Assembly: GCA_043803685.1 (NCBI GenBank)
Contig: JAZDJU010000005.1
Coordinates: forward strand, 1 to 64,000
DNA: 64,000 nucleotides
Source: Candidatus Omnitrophota bacterium
GTDB lineage: Bacteria; Omnitrophota; Omnitrophia; Omnitrophales; Aquincolibacteriaceae
Reading direction: 5' to 3'
A program made the translations under genes and the position numbers. Below are positions 19,649-29,090 of this stretch, piece after piece (the first letter of the stretch is position 1; each line of letters begins with the position of its first letter). The notes beneath the pieces are model-generated. The model saw only the letters and a list, made by a program, of their open reading frames with translations. It did no database searches and had not been told where the DNA came from.

Positions 19649-20598
19649 ATCTCAAGAAAACATGTGTTGTTACGGGGGGCGGCGGGTTCCTCGGATCCCA
19701 CCTTTGTGAGAAATTCCTGGGGCGGCAGTGGCGGGTCATCGCGATCGATAATTTTATCACGGGTAATGAAAAGAATATCGCGCCCCTGAAAAAGAACAGA
19801 GCGTTCGAATTGATCCGGCGTGACGTGAGCAAGTCCATCCGGGTCCCGGGGCGAGTGGATTATGTCCTGCATTTCGCTTCGCCGGCGAGTCCGTTGGATT
19901 ATCTCCAATTTCCCATTCAAACGCTCAAGGTTGGCGCTTTGGGTACGCACAATGCTCTGGGGCTCGCCCGGGATAAGAAGGCTGTTTTTTTGTTGGCGTC
20001 GACTTCGGAAGTGTATGGAGATCCTCTTGTGCATCCCCAGACTGAGGCATACTGGGGAAACGTCAACCCCGTGGGGCCTCGCGGTGTTTATGACGAGGCG
20101 AAGCGGTTTGCCGAGGCGATGACGATGGCCTATCACCGGACGCACAAAATGGATACGAAGATCATTCGTATTTTCAACACCTACGGTCCGAGGATGCGTC
20201 TTCGCGACGGGCGCGCGATCCCGGCGTTCCTGTCGCAAGCTCTCACCGGAAAACCGGTGACGGTGTTCGGGGACGGGCGGCAGACCCGGAGTTTGTGTTT
20301 CATCAGCGATCTGGTTGCCGGCATCGAAAAACTTCTGCTTTCCTCGGTCCACGAGCCGGTCAATGTTGGGAACCCTAATGAGATCTCCATGATGGAACTG
20401 GCGAAAAAGATCGTGAGGATCACCGGCAGCTCGAGCCGCATTGTGAAAAAAGCGCTTCCGGTCGATGATCCCAAGGTGCGTCAGCCCGATATCACGAAAG
20501 CCAGGAAATATCTTTCATGGGCGCCGAAGGTTTCTCTCGATGAGGGACTGAAAGTCACGATCGAATATTTTAAAGAGGCGCTTCAAGCCAGGAAGTAG
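19645..20598 (+). CDS. uxs: UDP-glucuronate decarboxylase (UDP-xylose synthase)
   Basis: [53 protein letters not shown]. Confidence 0.9.
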   Translation: MNLKKTCVVTGGGGFLGSHLCEKFLGRQWRVIAIDNFITGNEKNIAPLKKNRAFELIRRDVSKSIRVPGRVDYVLHFASPASPLDYLQFPIQTLKVGALGTHNALGLARDKKAVFLLASTSEVYGDPLVHPQTEAYWGNVNPVGPRGVYDEAKRFAEAMTMAYHRTHKMDTKIIRIFNTYGPRMRLRDGRAIPAFLSQALTGKPVTVFGDGRQTRSLCFISDLVAGIEKLLLSSVHEPVNVGNPNEISMMELAKKIVRITGSSSRIVKKALPVDDPKVRQPDITKARKYLSWAPKVSLDEGLKVTIEYFKEALQARK

Positions 20599-20606
20599 TC
20601 TTTCCG

Positions 20607-21326
20607 ATGAAGGAAAAAATGCCGCATCTTTCCGTGGTTATCCCCGCATACAATGAAGAATTGCGTCTGCCGCAGACTCTGGCGTCGGTCGTGGCTTTTC
20701 TTCAGAGCCAGCCGTATGCATCGGAGATCGTCGTTTCCGATGACGGAAGTCAGGACCGGACGATCCCGCTGGCCGAGGAACTTCTGAAGGATTTTCCTCA
20801 TCAGATTCTGAAGGTACCCCGGAATCGAGGAAAAGGTCACGCGGTCCGGCAGGGCATGCTCGCGGCCACAGGCGATTATGTTCTTTTTATGGACGCGGAC
20901 CTGTCGACGCCCATCGAGGAAGTGAACGGGTTTTTAGAGCGTCTTGAAAAAGACCAGGACGTTGTGATCGGTTCACGGGCGCTTCCGGATTCCCGGGTTG
21001 AGATCCACCAGAATTTCTTTCGCGAGAGCATGGGGAAGGTCTTTAATTTTATCGCCCAGCGATGGGCCTTTAAGGGTGTCCAGGATTCCCAGTGCGGTTT
21101 TAAATGTTTTCGCCGGGAGTCGGCTCGGAAGCTTTTTGGCCTTCAGAAACTCGACGGGTTCAGTTTTGATGTCGAGATCGTGTATTTAGCTCAAAAACAC
21201 GGGTTCCGTCTATTAGAGCTTCCTGTGACCTGGCGCAATTCCACCCAAAGTCGTGTCCAAGTTTTTCGGGACCCCCTTGTGATGTTCTGGGATGTCCTGA
21301 GGATACGCAGTCTCCACGCCCGATGA
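20607..21326 (+). CDS. GT2, dolichyl/polyprenyl-phosphate glycosyltransferase type
   Basis: VVIPAYNEE, DDGS.D, NRGKGHAVRQG, DADLS, DSQCGFK, FDVE. Confidence 0.9.
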   Translation: MKEKMPHLSVVIPAYNEELRLPQTLASVVAFLQSQPYASEIVVSDDGSQDRTIPLAEELLKDFPHQILKVPRNRGKGHAVRQGMLAATGDYVLFMDADLSTPIEEVNGFLERLEKDQDVVIGSRALPDSRVEIHQNFFRESMGKVFNFIAQRWAFKGVQDSQCGFKCFRRESARKLFGLQKLDGFSFDVEIVYLAQKHGFRLLELPVTWRNSTQSRVQVFRDPLVMFWDVLRIRSLHAR

Positions 21327-22999
21327 AAGAGCTTCGCTTCTCTCGCGAAGCGCTCCTTCTTTTTGGTATTATGATCTTGGCGTTTGCGCTTCGTTTGTGG
21401 GGCGTCGGGTTCGGCCTGCCGTTTCTTTACCACGCCGACGAGCCAATCGTTGTGAACCATGCGCTGGCTTTCGGAACGGGAGACTTCAACCCCCATTTTT
21501 TCAACATTCCGCCACTCGTCAGCTATTTGCTTTTTGGTTGCTATGGGATCTTCTGGGGCCTGGGTCACGCCGCAGGTTGGTTTCAGTCCCTGCGGGATTT
21601 TGAACAACTTTTTTATTTTGATCCGAGCTCGTTCTATCTCATTGCTCGTCTCGTTTTCGGTGTATTTCTCGGGACGCTTTCGGTCTACGCTCTTTTCCGT
21701 CTCGCGAAACGTATGGGAACGATGCCGGTGGCATTATGGGCGTGTTTTTTTCTTGCCGTCAATTTTCTCCATGCACGCGATTCCCATTACATCTATGCGG
21801 ATATTCCGCTTCTTTTCGTGCTTCTCACGGGTTTTATGATGATCTTTCGTCTTGCGGAAGCGCCTTCCTCGTTAAAAGGTCACCTTTTTGTCGGAAGCAT
21901 GATAGGCCTCGCAACGGCGACCAAATACAACGGTGCTTTTCTGGCGATCCCTTATCTTTGGATCTTTTTCCGGTGTGTGCCCTGGAAGCGGTGGTTCGTT
22001 TCCGGTCTTGTGGCGGCGGGCGCTGCCTCAGCAGCTTTTGTTATTCTTAACCCGTACGCAGTCCTTGACCATGCCTTTTTCGTTAAGGAGCTTGCGGAGC
22101 AATCAGCCGCAAATTCCGGAGGGTTGTCCTGGTCTCATCACCTGACCTATTCACTGGCTGGCGCTCTGGGCTGGCCGATGCTTATTCTGGCGCTGTTGGG
22201 GGTCTTCCCGGGGCTTTTCAGTAAGGATGTAAAACTTCAATCGGTCGCGGTGTTCGTGGCAGGTTATTACGTGGTTCTTTGCCGTTTTGGACAGCCGTAC
22301 GATCGTTACGTGTTGCCGTTGGTTCCCTGGATGGTGTTCCTTGCCGCAGGGGTCCTTCTTCGCGTCAAGGCGAGATCCGCGCTTGTTTTTTGGGTCCTGG
22401 TGCCTTTTGTGGTGCTGCCTTCGGTCCTCAAGATCGTGCATTGGGACCAGTTGATGTCAAAGCCGGATGTTCGAACGGTCACAAAAAACTGGGTTGAAGA
22501 TCACATTCCCGCGGGGAGTCGTCTGGCGTTGGACGGAGCTTTCTATATGCCGCGTCTGGCATTTTCCCCAAGCCAGCTTGAAGAAAAAAAAGCGCGTGCG
22601 GCAGGAGAATCCCTATCGGCGGCGAAGATCCGCCGGATCGAAGCTCTTCTGGCAAAACCTCTTCAGCCGTCCTATGAACTGAATTTTTTAAGTGAGGCAC
22701 CCGAAGGATCAAGCTTCTTGTTTTCTGAGCCGCGGGTGCCGTTCGATCTTGAGGTTTTGAAGAAAAACGGGATCCAGTATGTTCTTTTGGTCGACGCGCT
22801 TCGGCCGGACGGGGATCCTTTTTTTCAGGGTCTTTTGACGGGGGCGGATCGTGTGGTCACTTTTTCGCCTTATCGCGATCGTGAGGACATGACGATCCAT
22901 GATCCTCAGGCCATGACCGGCGGGCCTTTTCTTTGGGGGGATACTTTGCCGCGTGAGCGGGGAGGTTATCCGATCACGATCTACCGTATCCGTTCGTAA
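21323..22999 (+). CDS. GT-C (PMT/ArnT, GT39/83-like) membrane glycosyltransferase
   Basis: LRLWG..HADEP after TM1, ATATKY, many TMs, RYVLPL, soluble C-terminal domain. Confidence 0.8.
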   Translation: MKELRFSREALLLFGIMILAFALRLWGVGFGLPFLYHADEPIVVNHALAFGTGDFNPHFFNIPPLVSYLLFGCYGIFWGLGHAAGWFQSLRDFEQLFYFDPSSFYLIARLVFGVFLGTLSVYALFRLAKRMGTMPVALWACFFLAVNFLHARDSHYIYADIPLLFVLLTGFMMIFRLAEAPSSLKGHLFVGSMIGLATATKYNGAFLAIPYLWIFFRCVPWKRWFVSGLVAAGAASAAFVILNPYAVLDHAFFVKELAEQSAANSGGLSWSHHLTYSLAGALGWPMLILALLGVFPGLFSKDVKLQSVAVFVAGYYVVLCRFGQPYDRYVLPLVPWMVFLAAGVLLRVKARSALVFWVLVPFVVLPSVLKIVHWDQLMSKPDVRTVTKNWVEDHIPAGSRLALDGAFYMPRLAFSPSQLEEKKARAAGESLSAAKIRRIEALLAKPLQPSYELNFLSEAPEGSSFLFSEPRVPFDLEVLKKNGIQYVLLVDALRPDGDPFFQGLLTGADRVVTFSPYRDREDMTIHDPQAMTGGPFLWGDTLPRERGGYPITIYRIRS

Positions 23000-23071
23000 T
23001 TGATTGCGTTGAACGCAACTTTCCGTAGAATAGCGTTCGGACTTGTTTCTTGGTATTAAAGAAGGCTCTTT

Positions 23072-24145
23072 ATGGAACATGAAAAAAATTTGGTGATGGG
23101 GAATGTGGCCATGGCGGAAGCCGCGGTCCGTGCGGGTTGCCGCTTTTATGCCGGCTATCCGATCACACCCCAGAATGAAGTGAGCGAATATCTGGCGAAA
23201 CGTCTCCCGGAAGCCGGTGGAGTGTTCGTTCAGGCGGAGTCGGAGCTTGCCGCGATCAATATGGTCTTTGGCGCGGCGGCGACGGGCGCCCGGGCCATGA
23301 CCTCTTCGTCGAGTCCCGGGGTCAGTCTCATGCAGGAAGCTATCTCTTATCTCGCCGCGGCGCAGATCCCTTGTCTTATTGCCAATATCATGCGTGGCGG
23401 TCCCGGTCTCGGGAATATCCAGGGGGCCCAGTCGGACTATTTTCAGGCGACCCGCGGCGGCGGTCATGGTGATTATCGCTTGATCGTGCTGGCGCCGTGG
23501 TCCGTCCAGGAAATGTACGACCTTACGATCAAGGCTTTTGAATATGGGGATCAGTACCGTAACCCCGTGATGCTTTTGGCTGACGGGATCCTGGGGCAGA
23601 TGGCCGAGGCGATCGAGTACCGGGAGCCGGAGAAAAAGGAGCCTGTTCGCAAGGATTGGACGCTTACGGGTTGTAAAGGTCGAAAGCCCAACGTGATCCG
23701 GACGCTCTATCTGCAGCAAAAAGACGCGCTGGAGGAAAAGAACATGGAACTCAAGGCGAAATATGAGCTGATCTCGAAGGAGCTGCAGCTTTCCGAGACG
23801 CGTTTTGGTGACGATGCGGAGATCGGCGTTATTGCTTATGGAACTCCCGCCCGGATCGCCCATTCCGCCGTCAAGGAGGCTCGGGCCGCCGGCGTGAAGG
23901 TCGGTCTTTTCCGGCCCATCACACTTTGGCCTTTTCCCGTCCTGGAACTCCGAAAACTCGCGGCCCGTTGCCGGAAGCTTCTCGTGGTTGAAATGAGTCA
24001 AGGACAATTGATCGAGGACGTGCGTCTTGCGAGGATCCCCGCGACGGTCGTGGACCCCAAGATCGAATTTTTGGGGCGCGGGGGGGGCTGGTACCCCAAA
24101 CCCAAGGAACTTTTCGCGAAGATCATGGAGATCTCAAAAGGATGA
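23072..24145 (+). CDS. 2-oxoacid:ferredoxin oxidoreductase alpha subunit (VorB-like)
   Basis: GNVAMAEAA..YAGYPITPQ, QAESELAA, TSSSSPG, RGGPGLG. Confidence 0.92.
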   Translation: MEHEKNLVMGNVAMAEAAVRAGCRFYAGYPITPQNEVSEYLAKRLPEAGGVFVQAESELAAINMVFGAAATGARAMTSSSSPGVSLMQEAISYLAAAQIPCLIANIMRGGPGLGNIQGAQSDYFQATRGGGHGDYRLIVLAPWSVQEMYDLTIKAFEYGDQYRNPVMLLADGILGQMAEAIEYREPEKKEPVRKDWTLTGCKGRKPNVIRTLYLQQKDALEEKNMELKAKYELISKELQLSETRFGDDAEIGVIAYGTPARIAHSAVKEARAAGVKVGLFRPITLWPFPVLELRKLAARCRKLLVVEMSQGQLIEDVRLARIPATVVDPKIEFLGRGGGWYPKPKELFAKIMEISKG

Positions 24146-24873
24146 CACCCGAACAGAAAACGATCAGGTCCGTCCGGATGCACTATTGTCCCGTTTGCGG
24201 GCACGCGATCGCCCAGCGTCTGATCGGGGAAGTGATGGACGAACTGGGGATCCGGGAACGGACGATCGGAACCGCGCCGGTCGGTTGCGCGGTGCTTCTC
24301 TATGATTATTTTAATTGCGATATCATTGAATGTCCGCATGGAAGGATCCCGGCGGTTGCTACGGGGATCAAACGGATGCAGCCCGAGAAGATCGTTTTTG
24401 GTTACGGTGGGGACGGAGATCTCCTTTCGATCGGTTTGGCAGAGACCATCCATTGCGCGAACCGCGGCGAGAACATCACTATGTTCTTTATCAATAATGC
24501 CGTCTACGGGATGACTGGAGGGCAGATGGCGCCGACCACTCTGATCGGGCAGAAGACCATTACGACTCCGGAAGGACGCGTCGCAGCAACGACAGGAGCT
24601 CCATTAAGGATCTGCGAGATGCTGAAGACGCTCGTCCGGCCCGTTTATATCGAGCGTGTGGCCGTCCATGACGCGCACCATGTTCAAAGGACCCGCCAGG
24701 CTATCCGGAAGGCCTTTCTCAATCAGATCGAGGGGAACGGGTTTTCCTTTGTGGAGATACTTTCGATGTGTCCGACCTATTGGCGGATGGGGGGGAAGGA
24801 AGCGTGTCAATTTGTGGGGAATGAAATGATGAGTTACTATCCGATCGAAAAATTCCGGGATGCGAGCGAATAA
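24142..24873 (+). CDS. 2-oxoacid:ferredoxin oxidoreductase beta (TPP-binding) subunit
   Basis: HYCPVCGH, HGR, GDGD..NNAVYGMTGGQMAPTT, SMCPT. Confidence 0.92.
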   Translation: MTPEQKTIRSVRMHYCPVCGHAIAQRLIGEVMDELGIRERTIGTAPVGCAVLLYDYFNCDIIECPHGRIPAVATGIKRMQPEKIVFGYGGDGDLLSIGLAETIHCANRGENITMFFINNAVYGMTGGQMAPTTLIGQKTITTPEGRVAATTGAPLRICEMLKTLVRPVYIERVAVHDAHHVQRTRQAIRKAFLNQIEGNGFSFVEILSMCPTYWRMGGKEACQFVGNEMMSYYPIEKFRDASE

Positions 24874-25421
24874 TGGAAGAAAAAATATTTGTCGCGGGGT
24901 CCGGGGGGCAGGGCGTGATCGTGGCGGGCAATATCCTTGCTCATGCAGCCCTTGAGGAAGGCCGTCACATTCTGGGGATGGTTTCCTACGGGGTGGAAGT
25001 CCGCGGCGGCGCATCGCACAGTTTTGTGATCATTTCCGATCAGGAGATCGATTGCCCCATTATTGATGAGGCTACGATGGGCTTCGCACTCAATCAGGCC
25101 GCTTACGAAAAATTCAAGAACAAGACGCGTGACGACGGCGTTTTTTTTGTGGACTCGTCCCAAGTCCAGCAGATGGATCTTCCGAACACGACCGGAAAGA
25201 TCATTGAGATCCCCGCGACACAGATCGCCCGGGAGATCGGGAACGAAAAAGTCACGAACATGATCATGCTTGGCGCTGCCATCCAGAAGACCGGGATCGT
25301 GAAAATGGCCAGCGCCGTCAAAGTCCTCGGCAAAGTTTTCAAGGGGCTTCGCAAGGATCTGATCTACGTGAACGAGAAAGCTCTTTCTGTCGGCGCTGAC
25401 CTCATGCGCTCAAAGACCTGA
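24873..25421 (+). CDS. 2-oxoacid:ferredoxin oxidoreductase gamma subunit
   Basis: AGSGGQGV, SYGVEVRGG, NMIMLGA. Confidence 0.92.
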   Translation: MEEKIFVAGSGGQGVIVAGNILAHAALEEGRHILGMVSYGVEVRGGASHSFVIISDQEIDCPIIDEATMGFALNQAAYEKFKNKTRDDGVFFVDSSQVQQMDLPNTTGKIIEIPATQIAREIGNEKVTNMIMLGAAIQKTGIVKMASAVKVLGKVFKGLRKDLIYVNEKALSVGADLMRSKT

Positions 25422-25440
25422 TAAATCTACGTTGCGAAGA

Positions 25441-26166
25441 TTATTTGCCGGCTTTGTAGTTCTTGGAGCGGCGGTGCCACCAGAACTTCAGACTTTCCCA
25501 AAGGGCAAATCCCATGATCTTCATATTGACCGAGGATTTTCCCCATTGGCGGCCGCGGTGGTTCGAGGGTATCTCTTTGATGCGGAAACCGAGGTCGTGG
25601 GCCTTGATGATGATCTCGGGAAGGACGAAAAGCGAACGGGAAGTGAGTTCCATGCTTTCGAGGGTTTTCCGGCTCCACGCCTGCGACCAGTTGTAGTCGT
25701 TAATGCGGATCTTGAAGAGATAATTTAGAAGAAAAATATAGATCACCGAAAGGAAAAAGCGAAAAAGCTGGTAGGCATTCCGCTGCCAGCGAACCCCCAG
25801 CAGCACGTCGGTTTCGCCCTTTCGAAGTATCTCCACGAAATTCGGAACTTCGGAGGAATCGAATTCTTCATCGGCTCCGATATACATGAGGTACTGGCCG
25901 CGCGCAGCCTTCAGTCCGTCCTTAAGCGACGGGTTATAGCCCTCGTTCGTTTCGTGAATAATCAGACGGGTGTTGGGATACTTTTGGACTTCGTTTTGGA
26001 GAACTTCGCGGGTTTTGTCCTTACTGCCGTCCTCGACCAGTACGACCTCCCAGTTCCATTCCGGATGGGTGTTAAGGATCGCGAAGAGGTTCGCGAGCAT
26101 GCGCGCGATGTTCTCTTCTTCGTTGTAGACGGGAGTGATGAAACTGATGAAGGGAGCTGTTTCCAT
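25441..26166 (-). CDS. GT2, polyprenyl-phosphate glycosyltransferase type
   Basis: FITPVYNEEENI, EDGSKD, GADEE, HRGRQWGKS. Confidence 0.85.
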   Translation of the reverse strand: METAPFISFITPVYNEEENIARMLANLFAILNTHPEWNWEVVLVEDGSKDKTREVLQNEVQKYPNTRLIIHETNEGYNPSLKDGLKAARGQYLMYIGADEEFDSSEVPNFVEILRKGETDVLLGVRWQRNAYQLFRFFLSVIYIFLLNYLFKIRINDYNWSQAWSRKTLESMELTSRSLFVLPEIIIKAHDLGFRIKEIPSNHRGRQWGKSSVNMKIMGFALWESLKFWWHRRSKNYKAGK

Positions 26167-26261
26167 AGGCGAAGATTAATGTTTTTTTCCGCGAAAGTCA
26201 ATTACCGATGGCGTTCCCCGTGTGATATCCTGACGGCCTTTCATCAAGAAGGAGATGGGAT

Positions 26262-28064
26262 TTGAAAATAGCTTTTTATTCAAAACGCGGGTGGCTTCTG
26301 GCCGCGGGAGTTTTTTTTAGCTTTGCCTCCGCTTGGGTGCCGTATATCGAACAGGTAGGGGGGCGTAATCTGTTCGTGACATCTGATTCGATGACGCTCC
26401 TCGGCGTAACGATCCTTATCGCCATGCTCTCCGCCTATCTTCTGCCTGATTTTGTTCTGAACGGTCTGTCGCGTTTCTGGAATCATTTTGCGGTCGTCTT
26501 ACCGCGTTCCGTGTCCCTTTTTTTGAGCTTGGCGGCCCTGGGATCGCTCGTTTGGGTCCTTTATAATATCAATCAGGTCATCCTCCACGCTTTTCTGAGC
26601 TCAGCGGACGAACACTCCTGCTATTTTCTCGCCGAGTGCCTGCGCAAGGGCAAGCTTTATGTCGAGATCCCGCCGCTTGCCGATTTTTTCAAGGTTGTTC
26701 ATGTGGGGATGAAAGGCGGAAAATGGTTCAGCGTTTATCCTCCCGGGTGGCCGCTTCTCTGGGCGGTAGGGCTCAAGTTCCATATCGTGGATTGGCTCAA
26801 TCCGGTGCAGTCGGTGATCGCCGTCTATTTCCTTTATCTTTCAGGCGAGAGATTGTTCGGCCGCATGACGGCAGCGCTGGGACTTCTACTCATGTGCCTT
26901 AACCCGTTTTTTATGTTCACGGCCGCTTCCTATTTTTCCCACGCGACTTGCTTGCTCTGTATTTCCGTTTTTCTTTACGCGTTCCTCCGTTGGCGTGAGG
27001 CCTACGACGCAGGGCGGGATCCTGTGGGTTGGTCATTCGTTTGCGCGTTTGCAGTGGGTTATGGCCTTATGACGCGCTATCTGACCGTGGCCGCCGTCGC
27101 GGCGCCGTTCCTTCTCTATCACTATCTCTCGATCTTTTTTGAATGGCGTGGATGGGGAAACGGGAAAGGCTTGGGCCTTTTTTGCCACCGTCCGTTCGTA
27201 TTCAAACGTCCCCGATTCCGGAAGAGTGATGGGGTCGCGATCGTGGTGATCGGCCTCTTTATGGCATTGATCCTTTGGCAAAATTATCTCGTGACAGGGA
27301 AAGCCTTCAAGGCGCCGAACAAATACGACAAATCCTGGGAGAGACTCGGTTTTAGGAAGAATTACACGTTCCTTGATGCTTTCTTTTATCTGATCGCCCG
27401 GGTTTTCTTCCTCATGGATTGGTTCGCTCCGGCGGTTGTGGCGGCCTATCTATGGCTTTTGGGGCGAAAAAAATCGCTGAGTGCTATTTCAGCCTTGAAA
27501 GATCCTGGGGCCAGAAACGGAACAAAGATCATCAAGCGTCTTTTTTTCCTCACGATGGTTTTTGTCGCCGGCGCCTATTTCTTTTATTACTCCTGGGGCG
27601 GGAACCAATGGGGCCCTCGTTACCTTTGGGAGGGAATGCCTTTCCTGTGCATGACCGTTGCGGGATGGGCCGTGGCCCAGTGGGAAAACGGGGGAATGCG
27701 TGCTCGAAAGTTTTTACTGGTTTTTATGACGGTGTCTTTTGTGTCGTCCGGGATCTTGTTCGTCAAACAGGCGGAGTTCACGGAGGAAGCCAGCTTCGAG
27801 CGCCGCTCGCTTTACGACCTTGCGGAACAGACGGTCGAAGGACCAGGCATCGTTTTTATTCACGGGTTTCTCGGTGATCGGCTGGTGTTGTCTGAAGACG
27901 ATGCCGTTCGCAATAGCCCTTTCCTTGACGGGAGGATCCTCTATGTCCATGATCTTGGTGAGAGGAACAAAGAGCTTACGACAGCCTATCCGGGCAGGAG
28001 TTATTACAGGGGATGGTATGATCGCGAAATGAAGAAGCCGTTACTCGAACCCTTGGCTGTCTGA
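26262..28064 (+). CDS. GT-C-type (ArnT-like) membrane glycosyltransferase
   Basis: SADE acidic motif, YPPGWP, SYFSH, GPRY, many TMs. Confidence 0.7.
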   Translation: MKIAFYSKRGWLLAAGVFFSFASAWVPYIEQVGGRNLFVTSDSMTLLGVTILIAMLSAYLLPDFVLNGLSRFWNHFAVVLPRSVSLFLSLAALGSLVWVLYNINQVILHAFLSSADEHSCYFLAECLRKGKLYVEIPPLADFFKVVHVGMKGGKWFSVYPPGWPLLWAVGLKFHIVDWLNPVQSVIAVYFLYLSGERLFGRMTAALGLLLMCLNPFFMFTAASYFSHATCLLCISVFLYAFLRWREAYDAGRDPVGWSFVCAFAVGYGLMTRYLTVAAVAAPFLLYHYLSIFFEWRGWGNGKGLGLFCHRPFVFKRPRFRKSDGVAIVVIGLFMALILWQNYLVTGKAFKAPNKYDKSWERLGFRKNYTFLDAFFYLIARVFFLMDWFAPAVVAAYLWLLGRKKSLSAISALKDPGARNGTKIIKRLFFLTMVFVAGAYFFYYSWGGNQWGPRYLWEGMPFLCMTVAGWAVAQWENGGMRARKFLLVFMTVSFVSSGILFVKQAEFTEEASFERRSLYDLAEQTVEGPGIVFIHGFLGDRLVLSEDDAVRNSPFLDGRILYVHDLGERNKELTTAYPGRSYYRGWYDREMKKPLLEPLAV

Positions 28065-28074
28065 AGCAAACGCG

Positions 28075-28998
28075 TTATTTCGCGTCTTTTTCCCCGCCCT
28101 TGAACATAGCGCCCGGCTTGGTCAATTTTCCAGTCGCTCCGAGGTCAAGTTTGAGACCGCCCACCTGTTCGAATGTCTGGAAGTCCGCGAGTTGAGGATT
28201 CTTGACCGTATAGCCCATCGAACTGGTGAAATGCGAACCCGTCAGGATCTTGAGGCCAAGACCGGTTCCAGCGCCCACAAGCCCCGGGGGATCCGCTTTG
28301 AGGTGTTTTTTCCACCATTCTTCCGAAAACATGAGCCGGGAGATCTCCGTGTGCTGGGCTTCATGGGTGTAGAAAAATCCACCGTTCCTTAAAAACGGCC
28401 ACAGATGGATAATGCAGGTTTCGAGAGAGGAAACGTAGTCGACATCGACAAAGATCTGGACGCAGGGGTCTTTGAAGCCGGGAAGGGTCTCGTCAAAAAA
28501 TCCCTTATGGAATTCGCAGGCGTCGATATTACCGTAGCGCGTGATGTTGGAGCGGACTTCCTTCAGGGAGCCTGCCCACCAGCCTTTTTGATAGGTGTGG
28601 ATCTCGTGAGCATCCAGGACCGCGTGGGCGGAGTCCTGGGCTGTGGGCTCCGGGAGTCCTTCGAACGAGTCATAGATCTTGAGGCGTCTGCGGACTAAGC
28701 CGCAGACAAGCGAAAGGTTCGCGGCGCTGACGCCTTTGTAAGTCCCGCACTCCACGACGCAACCCTCGACCTTCCTTGGGATCTCGAGAAGGGTGCTGGC
28801 CATAATGATGTGTTCGATGAAACTGGAACCCGAAAGGATCCGGCTGTTGTTATACATCATTTTAAGGAGCAGTCGGAGCTTGGTCCAGAATGTGATCCCG
28901 TATTCGCGGCCCGTCTCGGGACGGAAAAATCCTCCGACAAAGATCGGGATGCAGAGGAACTGTACGAAGATTCGATACAGGCGCGATAAGAAGTTCAT
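28075..28998 (-). CDS. TylF/MycF/NovP-family sugar O-methyltransferase
   Basis: VECGTYKG, DSFEGLPEP, GFFDETLP, VDVD. Confidence 0.85.
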   Translation of the reverse strand: MNFLSRLYRIFVQFLCIPIFVGGFFRPETGREYGITFWTKLRLLLKMMYNNSRILSGSSFIEHIIMASTLLEIPRKVEGCVVECGTYKGVSAANLSLVCGLVRRRLKIYDSFEGLPEPTAQDSAHAVLDAHEIHTYQKGWWAGSLKEVRSNITRYGNIDACEFHKGFFDETLPGFKDPCVQIFVDVDYVSSLETCIIHLWPFLRNGGFFYTHEAQHTEISRLMFSEEWWKKHLKADPPGLVGAGTGLGLKILTGSHFTSSMGYTVKNPQLADFQTFEQVGGLKLDLGATGKLTKPGAMFKGGEKDAK

Positions 28999-29090
28999 GG
29001 GGTCAGCGATCCATTTGTTTTCAATCTCGAAGCTGCACTAGGATTTGCGCGCATGATATCGTAGAATGACTTCGCATTTCAAGGGATAAC

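Noticed and set aside
9054..24007. Long minus-strand ORFs (9054-10124, 13149-14405, 22709-24007) and similar ones elsewhere
   Set aside because: Shadows opposite well-supported genes, expected from codon bias
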